This document shows positions 1 to 9,289 of a stretch of 56,887 bases of DNA, piece by piece. Numbering within the stretch: position 1 is the stretch's first letter; each line of letters opens with the position of its first letter. The position numbers and the translations under genes are program-made. The notes under the pieces are model-generated. The model saw nothing but the letters and a program-made list of their open reading frames with translations. It ran no database searches and was not told the origin of the DNA. This DNA comes from a virus (taxonomy: Duplodnaviria; Caudoviricetes), in IMG/VR virus record IMGVR_UViG_3300011189_000401, positions 1 to 56,887 of that record. The stretch is one strand, 5' to 3'.

Positions 1-188
1 GCATCTATCGGGGCCATATCGTGCCCCGCATATTTCGGATGGTTGAGCGCCGAGTCAATCCCTCCGAGATGAATCGGAGCAGTCGGGACGACAACCGAAG
101 GGCCTACAACCGAAGGGCCTGCTGGCCCCTCATCTCTTTGCCAGGGGAATAGCGCCTCATCACGCTTCGTAAAGTTTGCGTCTGCCAT
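1..188 (-). CDS. hypothetical protein, 5' part (runs off left edge)
   Basis: ATG at 188 preceded by AAGGAG; open frame MADANFTKRDEALFPWQ... to the window edge. Confidence 0.6.
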   Translation of the reverse strand, partial: MADANFTKRDEALFPWQRDEGPAGPSVVGPSVVVPTAPIHLGGIDSALNHPKYAGHDMAPID

Positions 189-378
189 GTATTCTCCTTA
201 TGCGATTGGTCACGCCACGGATGTTAGAATATAACCAATAGAATTAACCGGGGTTAATACTGAATTGCCGATACCACCTACCTATTGATTAGGTGTGATT
301 ATTTGGGAGCTACCGCTCCTGATTCGGAAGACGGCGAGCAAACGATGGCGTTATGGATGAAATGCCAGAAATAATACT

Positions 379-675
379 TCATAGATCTCCTTTGAGTGTG
401 TGTGAGCGGTCGCACGCGTCGCGTATTAAGCTGTAGCACAGACCGTGCTCGCGCATAAATTCGTGGTCTTCGGCCTCGGTCCCCGGTCGCATCTCGCACA
501 GCACGGCGTGTGTCACCTCGTGCGCCAGATGGTCGCGCCACCGGATGGCGTCGGCGTCGACGTAGATCGTCTGGGTCCGGCAGTGTGTCCAGCTGCCGCC
601 GTCGGGTCGGAGGTTCCACCGGTTAACCCCGGTTAACCACACTTGCTGCTTCCGCAGCTCTTGCAGATATAACAA
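379..675 (-). CDS. small putative zincin-like (HEXXH) protein; start uncertain (possibly GTG at 640)
   Basis: HLAHEVTHAV motif plus downstream DHEF; ORF overlaps the RNR 3' end. Confidence 0.4.
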   Translation of the reverse strand: MLYLQELRKQQVWLTGVNRWNLRPDGGSWTHCRTQTIYVDADAIRWRDHLAHEVTHAVLCEMRPGTEAEDHEFMREHGLCYSLIRDACDRSHTLKGDL

Positions 676-3152
676 CCTTCCTCAAACACCACGTTTCCAT
701 CGCCACAGTCATCACAACTTGCATCAGCAGTAGTGCCGTCTCGGACAGCACCTTTGAGGAACATGCGAACGGCGCTAAGCGTCGTACCAATGTAGTCGCC
801 TTCGATGCCTTCCAAGGACTTGATGATACGCGGCAGACCGGCGTTGTGCCGGAGTGCCATTGAGATGATCTTGCCTAAACGGGCGTGATGCTCGTCATCC
901 TTGATGGCGTCAATCTGGTCGAAGACCAAGTCGGTGTCGACTCCTGCTTTGACCAGTAGTTTGCCCACCGATTTTACAGCCCGGTTCAGGGTGACCCACT
1001 CCTTGTCCCCCAGACGATTCGAGTGGACCCAGAATGCAACCGGGTAATCCTTCGTAGAGTCTTCTTTGAGGTAGGACAGCATCAGGTAATACTTGCCGCC
1101 CTCGCGCCTCACAATCTTCATGTCACCACTACTGAACTCATCCGGCAGGTGGACGTTCTTGGTGACCACGTCGTCATCATTGGTCTTCAAATATAGACCA
1201 TGCTCCTGAGCGACGTGTTCTTCCAGTATCTCCAGAAGGCTCTCATAGTCGTTCTCAGGCGTTTCGTCACCTGATACGAGCACACCGTCGCGTGAACCTT
1301 CAACGTACACTGTGACGCCTTTCAGCCCCTTCTCCCACGCTCTCAAGTAGAGTTCACCGACCACCTCCGGCTTCGTGCCTCGTGGTAAATTGATGGTACT
1401 ACTGATTGAATGGTCGATGTACTTCTGTTGGATGGCCTGAAGGTCCACTCGTGCGTTCCAGTCGATCTGGTCGCTGGTCACAAAGTAGTCAGGTAGCTCC
1501 TTGCTGCGAGCTTCTTCTTCTGACATACCGAACACAACCTGAAGGTACTCGAAGTAGTCTTCAACATTGTGGTGATAGACCTTGAAGTGCTCCCAACGGT
1601 CTCCCATCCCGTCAACGCTGTCTGGTGTCCCTTTGTCTTCGTCAGACATCTTGCGCTTCCGTGTGTACGAGTTCCTGAAGACAGGCTCGACGCCACTGGA
1701 AGTCTGCGACTCAATACTCACTGACCCTGTTGGGGCACAGGTGAGTAAGGAGACGTTCCGGCGTCCGACTCTTGACATGCGATTTCGCAAGTCCGCAGGC
1801 AGTCGCTGGATATAGGCGTTGTCCACTTCCTTCTGCCAGTCAAAGAGCGGGAACGCTCCCCGGACTTCGGCGAGGTTGATACTCTCTTCGTAGGCTGCGT
1901 TTCGGAAGACGCGGTAAATTTCTTTGACAGTGTCGAGTCCGTCGTCACCATCATAACGGCGACAAAGACGAGCCAAGCAATCAGCGAGGCCGTGAGTGCC
2001 AAGACCCGTACGTCTCCCTTGTTCGGCTGCATCATATAGCTTCTCCCAAAGCTCCTTTTCATCCGGCGTATCACACGCCTCTTCTCGGATCTTTTCCAGG
2101 GCTTCTAGCTCAAGGTCGACAAGGTCATCGTTCAGGCGCATGGCCTTACGGACGACCAGTGCAAACCGGTCGTAGTCAAACTTTGCGTGAGCGCAGAAAG
2201 GATCTTGAACGAAGTTCTTGAGATTGATCGAGATAAGACGGCAGGAGTCATACGGACTCAGCGGAATCTCGGAGCACGGGTTGGTACTGACGTGGTCCCA
2301 ATACTCCTGAGCCGGAAGCTCCCGCTCAATGTTGTCCCACATGATGAGACCGGGCTCCGCGTTCTCAGTCGCCTGCTTTACGATGAGTTCCCAGAGATCC
2401 CGCGCCTGAATACTCTTGACAACCTCGGGTTCCTCAGCATCCACCGGCCACTGAAGAGTGTAGGCATCATCGGCCTTCACAGCTTCCATGAAGTCATCAG
2501 TGATCTTGACGCTAACGTTGGCCCCGGTGACAGCCTTTTTGTCGGCCTTCATCTCGACGAAACTTGCCACGTCGGGGTGGTTCACGTCGAGCGTAATCAT
2601 CAGGGCACCACGTCGGCCATTCTGACCAACCATGCGGCACACATACGAGTAAAAGTCAGCGAACGACCATGCACCACTGGTGGTACCGGCACTGTTGCTG
2701 ACGCGTTGGCCCTCGGGCCTGAGCTTAGAAATGTCGATCCCTACGCCACACCTGCGTTTGAACAGGTTTGCGAGGTCGCGGCCACGTTCAACGATGGAAG
2801 ACATGTTGTCCTCCGGGCCGTCAATTACAACACAATTGCTAAGCGATACGTTCTTGTAGGGATTACCGACGCCGTACATCGGTGATCCCTGCGGAACAAC
2901 GCAATCAAAGTTATTGAAAAGGTTGAAGATTTGGGTCTCGTCCATCGCCCACTCGCCACCGTGTTTGTACTCGATGCGAGCGAACTCCTTGGCCATGCGC
3001 CGATGCATGTCCTCGGGCGTCCGTTCTACGAACTGACCCTTTTCGTTTCTAAGTGCGTACTTCGTAACAAATACATTGGTCGCTAGCTGGTCGCCGTCGA
3101 AGTATTCCTCCGTTGCTTCCCTTACTTCTTGTTCGGTATATGTCTCAGTCAT
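633..3152 (-). CDS. nrdJ: class II (adenosylcobalamin-dependent) ribonucleotide reductase
   Basis: SNC, GQNGRRGA, TNPCSE radical cysteine, APTGS, DHSISSTIN, C-terminal CxxC...CxxC...SKC; no beta subunit gene nearby. Confidence 0.92.
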   Translation of the reverse strand: MTETYTEQEVREATEEYFDGDQLATNVFVTKYALRNEKGQFVERTPEDMHRRMAKEFARIEYKHGGEWAMDETQIFNLFNNFDCVVPQGSPMYGVGNPYKNVSLSNCVVIDGPEDNMSSIVERGRDLANLFKRRCGVGIDISKLRPEGQRVSNSAGTTSGAWSFADFYSYVCRMVGQNGRRGALMITLDVNHPDVASFVEMKADKKAVTGANVSVKITDDFMEAVKADDAYTLQWPVDAEEPEVVKSIQARDLWELIVKQATENAEPGLIMWDNIERELPAQEYWDHVSTNPCSEIPLSPYDSCRLISINLKNFVQDPFCAHAKFDYDRFALVVRKAMRLNDDLVDLELEALEKIREEACDTPDEKELWEKLYDAAEQGRRTGLGTHGLADCLARLCRRYDGDDGLDTVKEIYRVFRNAAYEESINLAEVRGAFPLFDWQKEVDNAYIQRLPADLRNRMSRVGRRNVSLLTCAPTGSVSIESQTSSGVEPVFRNSYTRKRKMSDEDKGTPDSVDGMGDRWEHFKVYHHNVEDYFEYLQVVFGMSEEEARSKELPDYFVTSDQIDWNARVDLQAIQQKYIDHSISSTINLPRGTKPEVVGELYLRAWEKGLKGVTVYVEGSRDGVLVSGDETPENDYESLLEILEEHVAQEHGLYLKTNDDDVVTKNVHLPDEFSSGDMKIVRREGGKYYLMLSYLKEDSTKDYPVAFWVHSNRLGDKEWVTLNRAVKSVGKLLVKAGVDTDLVFDQIDAIKDDEHHARLGKIISMALRHNAGLPRIIKSLEGIEGDYIGTTLSAVRMFLKGAVRDGTTADASCDDCGDGNVVFEEGCYICKSCGSSKCG

Positions 3153-3376
3153 TTTTTGGTGTCTTTGGTCTGCTGTGTTGGTGATCTTACCCCAATCGAG
3201 AAGCTATAGCCTCTATCAGAAATGCCAGCCTTACTGGCTTCCTCACGGAAGTTATTCTTCGCCTCCCTGAGTGTTGCGCCCTCCACAACTAATCGCTCAC
3301 CCCTGACCTCGAAGTTCGATTCCACTCGATACCCGTCCCCGTTCGGGACGATCTTTGCTCTATTCGCAAATTTCAT
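3149..3376 (-). CDS. HicB-like antitoxin N-terminal-fold protein
   Basis: 75 aa with VVEGATLREAKNNFREE, resembling the HicB GxTxxEAxxN motif; overlaps both neighbours by 4 nt. Confidence 0.45.
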   Translation of the reverse strand: MKFANRAKIVPNGDGYRVESNFEVRGERLVVEGATLREAKNNFREEASKAGISDRGYSFSIGVRSPTQQTKDTKK

Positions 3377-4233
3377 AATTCGTATATCCTCCGTGTGTCG
3401 GCGATCAATTCGCCGATTCTATTCTTTTGCTCCGGCTCCAGTACACGTCGGAAGGTGTAGACAGCCGCCTCAAAATCGTCTAGCGGCTTCCTCAGCGCTT
3501 CCTTGCACTGTTCCTCGACACCCCCACCAAGTGTCTCAAGATTGAGCGTAAAGTTCGGGCATAGCTGCTTGATGGCACACTGTAACCTGTACCAGCCTGT
3601 CAAGCCCCCGAATTTCATATCAAAGTTATGGAAGGGGTGAATACCCTCTCCCATTTCGCGATTGATGATATGAAGATTAGGACATGGAATCAGAAGTCGC
3701 GCCCCGACATCGAATGCATCGATCTTGTTCTTCAGCTGTTGTACGGGGTTTGTTCTAAATAGTTGGTCGACCATTTTACCTAGGTTAACTAGGACGTCGC
3801 GGCCAATGAACTGCGTGGTTTCGAGCACCGGAAGCTCCGTCTCAACGGTCAGCAATCCGATGTTCAGCATGAGCTTGTCTTCCGGTACCTTCTTACCGGC
3901 TGCGTGCTGGACCATGACCCCATAGAAGTGGTCAATCACCCTGAGTTGGTCGATGGTCAACTCTTCGTAGTCGTCGATAAGACGAACGCTCAGCGAGTTG
4001 CTCAGCGTCTCTTCCATTGATTCGAGATGTTCGGGCAGCGACATCCCACCGCCGTCGAACTCATCGGTCTCGATGAGCACATGGATGTCAGACCGCTTCT
4101 CCGGTATCTCACCATAAAAGATAACCTTCGGGTCGCTGTACTTCTCAACAGCGAGTTGACCCAGGTTAATTTCCCGGCGTCTTCTGGTATTGACCAACAT
4201 CTGGAATAGCTCTCTACGCAGTTCCTTTTCCAT
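3373..4233 (-). CDS. hypothetical protein
   Basis: 286-aa ORF in the operon; no motif recognised. Confidence 0.75.
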   Translation of the reverse strand: MEKELRRELFQMLVNTRRRREINLGQLAVEKYSDPKVIFYGEIPEKRSDIHVLIETDEFDGGGMSLPEHLESMEETLSNSLSVRLIDDYEELTIDQLRVIDHFYGVMVQHAAGKKVPEDKLMLNIGLLTVETELPVLETTQFIGRDVLVNLGKMVDQLFRTNPVQQLKNKIDAFDVGARLLIPCPNLHIINREMGEGIHPFHNFDMKFGGLTGWYRLQCAIKQLCPNFTLNLETLGGGVEEQCKEALRKPLDDFEAAVYTFRRVLEPEQKNRIGELIADTRRIYEL

Positions 4234-4630
4234 TCTTCTTGTCCCTCAGATCCTTCAAGATCTTGTAAGTACGATTGTTCTTATGGGCGTAACTCTTGAG
4301 TCGTGCCGTTTGCCGCCAGTCCTGCATCCTCTTGTCAAAGATCACCTTCACACAACGCATAAGCACCTTGTACTCATCTATCTTGCGAAGACAGCGACTA
4401 CAAGGTGCGTCATGGTAGCACTTGATGTCGTCGCAGCGATCAGTGATGAACGCAAAGCTGCGGAAGTTATCGCAAGGCTGGTAGCATCTCGTGATACAAA
4501 AGACCGTGGACATCGTGTGAGGGAACTGGTTGATCGGGCAAGCACATCTGGGAATGTCATCAAAGGACGTGTCTTCGAGCGCTACGTCAATCAACTCCTG
4601 TAACTCCAGCTTTCCCTTTGCCTTCCTCAT
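4214..4630 (-). CDS. Cys-rich hypothetical protein, probably metal-binding
   Basis: Many Cys in clusters (CAC, CITRC, PCSRC); basic C-terminus. Confidence 0.65.
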   Translation of the reverse strand: MRKAKGKLELQELIDVALEDTSFDDIPRCACPINQFPHTMSTVFCITRCYQPCDNFRSFAFITDRCDDIKCYHDAPCSRCLRKIDEYKVLMRCVKVIFDKRMQDWRQTARLKSYAHKNNRTYKILKDLRDKKNGKGTA

Positions 4631-4835
4631 GTCGGTCCTCGATTGCCACCGCTAAAACCCTGACAAGCCGTCTGATACCCGACATGATTGCTGCCGAGAG
4701 CCCTACGATCCAGTACAGCGATGTCACGCCGACGAATTCGACCAGTACAAGGGCACAAACGGCCACCAGTAGGCCAGCAGCAGCAGCCCCAAACGGAATA
4801 AGAACAATGCCTGCAAAAAGTTCGTTGTCTGTCAT
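4587..4835 (-). CDS. small membrane protein
   Basis: 82 aa with two hydrophobic segments; start overlaps the upstream stop. Confidence 0.65.
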   Translation of the reverse strand: MTDNELFAGIVLIPFGAAAAGLLVAVCALVLVEFVGVTSLYWIVGLSAAIMSGIRRLVRVLAVAIEDRHEEGKGKAGVTGVD

Positions 4836-5689
4836 TACAGCTCCTTCAGACGCGCTCGCGCCTCATAGTAGAAATCTTTGTCGTTTTCACTCAATTGTTT
4901 CAGCCCGGACCCACCGCCTCTCGAACCTGTGAACAGGTTGAGGATGGCTTCGAGTTCGTACTGAGGGATTCCCTCTTTTTCAGCGTCCTCTACGATGTCG
5001 TCGTAGCGCATCTTCAAGAGGTCGAGCAGGAATCGGTAGTCCGACTCTTCCTCGTACCACTTGCGCCAGTGCTTGAACATCTCGGCGACCACCGGAATTC
5101 GGGACGCAACTACAGCGGCACCGAATGCATCGGCCTCGTCATCGGTTGTGAACTTGTGCCCCCAGCGGTCAAACACTTCCATAAGGACGTGTGACTTCTT
5201 GGCTTCCGAGCCGCCCGTGGCCACCTTCTTCAGCGTGGACACGTTGGCTAGGACGCAGTACGGAATCTCGTAGTCATCTGCTTCCGCAGCTGAGGTCATG
5301 ATCTCGTACAGCATCCCACCGACTCGACACAGATCCATCATGGAAGAGATGTTGGTCGAGACGGTAACTGCCTCCCATGCAAGGATGCGTGGGGGGTACT
5401 CCCGGATGACCGCTTCCATTCGGTCTCCGATGTATTGAAGGCGTTCACGAGTCGTGCCATCTTTGGCCGCTGTCTCGATCGCCTCGCTGTAGAGCAGACG
5501 TTGTTGGTTGTCTACTACACAGATTCCGACACTCGTCAACGAGAAGTCAAAGCCAACGAAATACTCGTTGCCGTTGTCAAACTTCTCGAAGAGGTCGAAG
5601 TTCTCAAGAACCATCGCCCTCTGCTGTCCCGCGCTCCACTTCACTCTTCCCATTTTCTCGCTCCTTTTTGTACTCTTTCTCTTTATCAA
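4835..5689 (-). CDS. RuvC-like Holliday junction resolvase
   Basis: VGFDFSLTSVG, LAWE, STLKKVATG..AKK, DDEADA motifs; true start may be the internal Met of MGRVKW. Confidence 0.8.
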   Translation of the reverse strand: MIKRKSTKRSEKMGRVKWSAGQQRAMVLENFDLFEKFDNGNEYFVGFDFSLTSVGICVVDNQQRLLYSEAIETAAKDGTTRERLQYIGDRMEAVIREYPPRILAWEAVTVSTNISSMMDLCRVGGMLYEIMTSAAEADDYEIPYCVLANVSTLKKVATGGSEAKKSHVLMEVFDRWGHKFTTDDEADAFGAAVVASRIPVVAEMFKHWRKWYEEESDYRFLLDLLKMRYDDIVEDAEKEGIPQYELEAILNLFTGSRGGGSGLKQLSENDKDFYYEARARLKEL

Positions 5690-5924
5690 GGAGCTTGCTC
5701 AGATTGGCCGGAATAACAGGGGGTCGATCTCGGTCCTTGCGATTTGGCGCATAGGTGTTCCGAGCCCCTGGAATGATAGGCTTTTCGTTCTGACTTTCCA
5801 CTCCTTTCTTGCAAGATGGGCAAGTGGTCTTGTAACACTGAAACTCGCCGTTGTAGCTCATCTTGAAGAACTTCTTCGTCCTGAATTGTTCACCACAATC
5901 ACATCTGAAATTGACATAGCTCAT
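5604..5924 (-). CDS. FmdB-like zinc-ribbon protein
   Basis: N-terminal FRCDCGEQF...CPSC. Confidence 0.55.
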   Translation of the reverse strand: MSYVNFRCDCGEQFRTKKFFKMSYNGEFQCYKTTCPSCKKGVESQNEKPIIPGARNTYAPNRKDRDRPPVIPANLSKLLDKEKEYKKERENGKSEVERGTAEGDGS

Positions 5925-7837
5925 GCCGTCTCCTGAAACTGTCCTCGGAAATTCTTGTTTTCGTGGATGATCGACTCGCCATTCTCCTTGATAACGTGCA
6001 AGTTGGTATGGCCGTGAAAATAGTCGCTCATCGCCTTCTGGTGTCCGACGAAGATCAAGGTCTTGCCCTCGTTTTGTTCGAGGACAAACTCAAGGACGCG
6101 CTGGATGCCAGCGTCGTCCACTCCGTCAACGGCCTCATCGTCGATGATGAAACCGAGGTCCATCATGTTGTTCAGCGCTGTAGCAGCCGCCTTTGAAATC
6201 CTGGCTTTCTCTCCTTTCGAGAAGATGCCGTATGGGAAATACTTTCCCTTCTTGGACACGTTGGTGAAGACCAGTGATAACTCACTACCGTCCTCTCGGA
6301 GTTGACAGTGGTAGTCCCCATCTGTCATCGCATCGAGGCAGACGTTGATGTTCTCTTGAAGATTCAGGATGAACGAGTTGAACCGTGCCGCCTTCGTCTT
6401 CTTCATCGCGTCTTCGAGCGCATCACATGCGTCGATGTCCGTTCCGGCCTGTTCGATGGAATCCTTCAGGTCGTCGCGTACCCCCTGAGCCTCTGAGAGC
6501 GACGCACGCTTGTCCGTGAGGCTGGCCTGAATGTTGGCCGGTGTTTTCTTCTCCGTGCGCTCTACGCGGCTCATGAGAGCGCTGAGGCGCTTGTCGCAGT
6601 CCTTCACGAACTTCTCAGCCCGAACAAACTTGTCCAGCTTGTTCCCCAGCTTGGTGTACCGGGTAAGCTTGTCACGTCCGGCTTCCACCTCGGCCTCCAA
6701 TTCCTCAATCCTGTCGCTCAGGTCTGAAATCTTGGAGTCGAGCGTCGAGATGTCCACCTCGACATCAACCTTCTTGGCTTGATAGGCGTCCACCTTCTTT
6801 TGGTGCTGGTCGACCTTGGCCTCCAGCTTCTTGGAGTCACCAAGCAGGTTGCCGCAGACATCACACTCACCGGTTGGATTCGTGGTGAGGTTATCCAAGT
6901 TCTCCTTAGCCGACTGCATCGCGGCTTCAATCTTGGCCAGCTTATTCTGCTTACTGGTACGCCTCTTCTTCTGAGTGTCACGCTCCCGGCTCAACCGCTT
7001 CACAGCGGTACTCTTGTCTTCGAGCCCGCCGACCTCTTCCTCAAGCTCCCTGAGTTCCTTCTCAACACCCGGCTTCTTCTTTAGAAGCTCCGTGAACTCG
7101 TCTCGCTCATCTCGTTTGTCGGAGATGTCCGACTCAAGCTGTTCGATCTTCTCGGCCTTTTCTTCTTCAAAGGTTTCGAGTTGATTCTTGTAGTTCTGAA
7201 TGTCCTTCTTCGCGGACGCGATCATCTCGTCACGAGCTTGGAGAAGCTTCATGTCGGAACGCCGTTCTGACTCAAGGTCTCGGCGGCGACTACGCACTTC
7301 CTTAATCCACTTGTCATACCGAGCCGTGTTCAGGATCTCGGACACGACCTTGTTCAACTCGGTCGAAGTCAGTGCGACCAGTGGTTTCCGGTCACTGTCT
7401 GAGTAGGCGCAGTAGTACAACACGTCCTTACTCAGCCCCAGCTTCTCTTCGATGAGCTTCGTGGTTTCTCGCTTCGATGTTGCGTGTGTTCTGTCCTCTC
7501 CGTCCACGCTAAGGAAAACGTTGTTGCCTTCCTTGGGGTGGTTGCGAACACGCCGGACAACAACCTCTTGCCCGTCTACGTCAAAAGTCAATTTAACCTC
7601 GGTAAAGTCGTCGAACTCTCCGATGATATCGTCGCGACTCACGTCTTTGCGAAGGATATCCTCGAAGAGCGCCCAGACAAAGGCCGAACAGAACAGGCTC
7701 TTACCCGCTCCATTCGACCCCTGATTCTGCTCGTCCCGGTTGTCCCCGGTGACGAAGTAGACGCCTTGACCCAGGTTAAGTTCCACATCACTTAACAACA
7801 GGTAGTTGTGGATCTTAATCTGCGTCGGTCTAATCAC
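5921..7837 (-). CDS. SbcC/Rad50-like (gp46-like) recombination ATPase
   Basis: Walker A NGAGKS, long coiled coil with CDVC zinc hook, FSKGE signature, IIDDE Walker B, H-loop VGH. Confidence 0.92.
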   Translation of the reverse strand: MIRPTQIKIHNYLLLSDVELNLGQGVYFVTGDNRDEQNQGSNGAGKSLFCSAFVWALFEDILRKDVSRDDIIGEFDDFTEVKLTFDVDGQEVVVRRVRNHPKEGNNVFLSVDGEDRTHATSKRETTKLIEEKLGLSKDVLYYCAYSDSDRKPLVALTSTELNKVVSEILNTARYDKWIKEVRSRRRDLESERRSDMKLLQARDEMIASAKKDIQNYKNQLETFEEEKAEKIEQLESDISDKRDERDEFTELLKKKPGVEKELRELEEEVGGLEDKSTAVKRLSRERDTQKKRRTSKQNKLAKIEAAMQSAKENLDNLTTNPTGECDVCGNLLGDSKKLEAKVDQHQKKVDAYQAKKVDVEVDISTLDSKISDLSDRIEELEAEVEAGRDKLTRYTKLGNKLDKFVRAEKFVKDCDKRLSALMSRVERTEKKTPANIQASLTDKRASLSEAQGVRDDLKDSIEQAGTDIDACDALEDAMKKTKAARFNSFILNLQENINVCLDAMTDGDYHCQLREDGSELSLVFTNVSKKGKYFPYGIFSKGEKARISKAAATALNNMMDLGFIIDDEAVDGVDDAGIQRVLEFVLEQNEGKTLIFVGHQKAMSDYFHGHTNLHVIKENGESIIHENKNFRGQFQETA

Positions 7838-7845
7838 TCTGCCTC

Positions 7846-7923
7846 CTACCTAATCCAATACGATGCCAGCAATCCAGCGAAGAAGAAAAACCATATCAAA
7901 AAGATGATACGGTCAGTTTCCAT
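7846..7923 (-). CDS. putative 25-aa single-TM microprotein
   Basis: METDRIIFLIWFFFFAGLLASYWIR*; fills the gap between two genes and ends in the RBS of the SbcC-like gene. Confidence 0.4.
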   Translation of the reverse strand: METDRIIFLIWFFFFAGLLASYWIR

Positions 7924-8257
7924 TGCTTGGTGCTTGAGGCTTCTGGTTGGGGTTGAGGATGTAGTGCTTGATGAAGTAGCGACCCCGGCTCGTCAACTCG
8001 GGTTGAATCTCGGGGGTCTGTCCACGCTTTCGGTAGTATTCTTTGATGAGGTAGTGCTTGACCAATCCGTTCAGGATGGTTGCGGTCGCGATATACTCTT
8101 CGACCACAAGCTCTTTCTCTTCGTAGGTATCCACGAGAGCCTGAACGTGTTCGTCGGTCAGGTACAAGTGGAGGTGTCTGAGGTGATTGATCTCGATGTT
8201 GTCTCGAAGCGCCACCTGTGTGAAAGATGGTCGTCTAATCTGTCCAACTGCGTGCAT
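7913..8257 (-). CDS. hypothetical protein
   Basis: 114-aa ORF with AGGAG RBS. Confidence 0.65.
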   Translation of the reverse strand: MHAVGQIRRPSFTQVALRDNIEINHLRHLHLYLTDEHVQALVDTYEEKELVVEEYIATATILNGLVKHYLIKEYYRKRGQTPEIQPELTSRGRYFIKHYILNPNQKPQAPSNGN

Positions 8258-8266
8258 CTCTATCTC

Positions 8267-9289
8267 CTAAAAGTAATCCCAGCCATCCCATCGCTTCATC
8301 GTCAGGGTGTCTAGGAAAGATTCAAAACGGTTACTGTCAACTCGGGCCATCTCTCGCAAGACAGCTTCTTCATCATTGCCTACGCTCTGCCATCTGCGGC
8401 GGATGAATCCCTCCATTCCGCTTGAACCACGATGGATACTACCTGAAAACGCCGCTGCTACCATGCGTTCGGACTCAAAACCCAAGTCCTCCAACACAGA
8501 CAGGATTGGCTCAAGGTAGTCCTCTTCGGCCAACTCGCGTTGGATGGCTTTGAACTCAGGCACCTTTGCGAATTCCTCGAACTTGTCCGTCCAAGGTCGC
8601 TCCCAAATGTCAATCCATTCCTCTTGGTCGGTGGCCGGGTTATGGGCCGGTACCTTCTTGACTCGTGGTCCCCGTAACTTCCCGGTCTCCAAACCACTTG
8701 GGCCTTCTCTGGTTACTGTGAGAAGTAGAGCATCCCAAGTGGGGCCGAAGATACTCTTGAACTTCTCGGGGTTCTCCTTGGCGCAGCGCTTCAATAGCTC
8801 ACCAAGACTGCCACCGTCTTGCGTGAACTGGAGGACGCCGAAGCTCAACCCGATGTGGATCTCGCCTTCGGCCCGGTGGTCCTTGAAGTGTCCTCGGAAC
8901 TCACCGTCTTTGTTCATCGCCCCGTATCTGCCACCGGACTCCTTCCCGATGGTCGGCTCCATGACCCGTCGAACTGCTTGTTGCTTCGGTGTAAGTAAGG
9001 AATCGCTCATGATGCGCCATGTTTTCGGTCCAACGATCCCATCTGATACTAGCCCACGAGCACGCTGCCAATTCGTCACCCTCTTAACGAAAGAAGCGGA
9101 CTCAACGGTCGAGAGACGTGTCGTGCCGAGTGCCTTACAGATGTCACATAGACCCCACCCCAGCCTTTCTTGCCAGTACAGGTTCTTGTTGACTTTCTCT
9201 TCGGTCTTATCGTCCAACATATCTCTCTCCGTTGAGTCCGCTGTCTTTACGAGGGTCTTGACAGCCTTTATCAGCTGCGTCAACCACAT
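8267..9289 (-). CDS. endolysin-like protein: peptidoglycan-binding domain plus lysozyme-like domain
   Basis: WQRARGLVSDGIVGPKTW (PG_binding_1 signature); ESGG...GLSFGVLQFTQ lysozyme-fold-like motif. Confidence 0.8.
   Translation of the reverse strand: MWLTQLIKAVKTLVKTADSTERDMLDDKTEEKVNKNLYWQERLGWGLCDICKALGTTRLSTVESASFVKRVTNWQRARGLVSDGIVGPKTWRIMSDSLLTPKQQAVRRVMEPTIGKESGGRYGAMNKDGEFRGHFKDHRAEGEIHIGLSFGVLQFTQDGGSLGELLKRCAKENPEKFKSIFGPTWDALLLTVTREGPSGLETGKLRGPRVKKVPAHNPATDQEEWIDIWERPWTDKFEEFAKVPEFKAIQRELAEEDYLEPILSVLEDLGFESERMVAAAFSGSIHRGSSGMEGFIRRRWQSVGNDEEAVLREMARVDSNRFESFLDTLTMKRWDGWDYF

Noticed and set aside
299-619. 106-aa minus-strand ORF starting at GTG 619
   Set aside because: Arg/Pro-rich off-frame composition; the overlapping HEXXH frame is more protein-like
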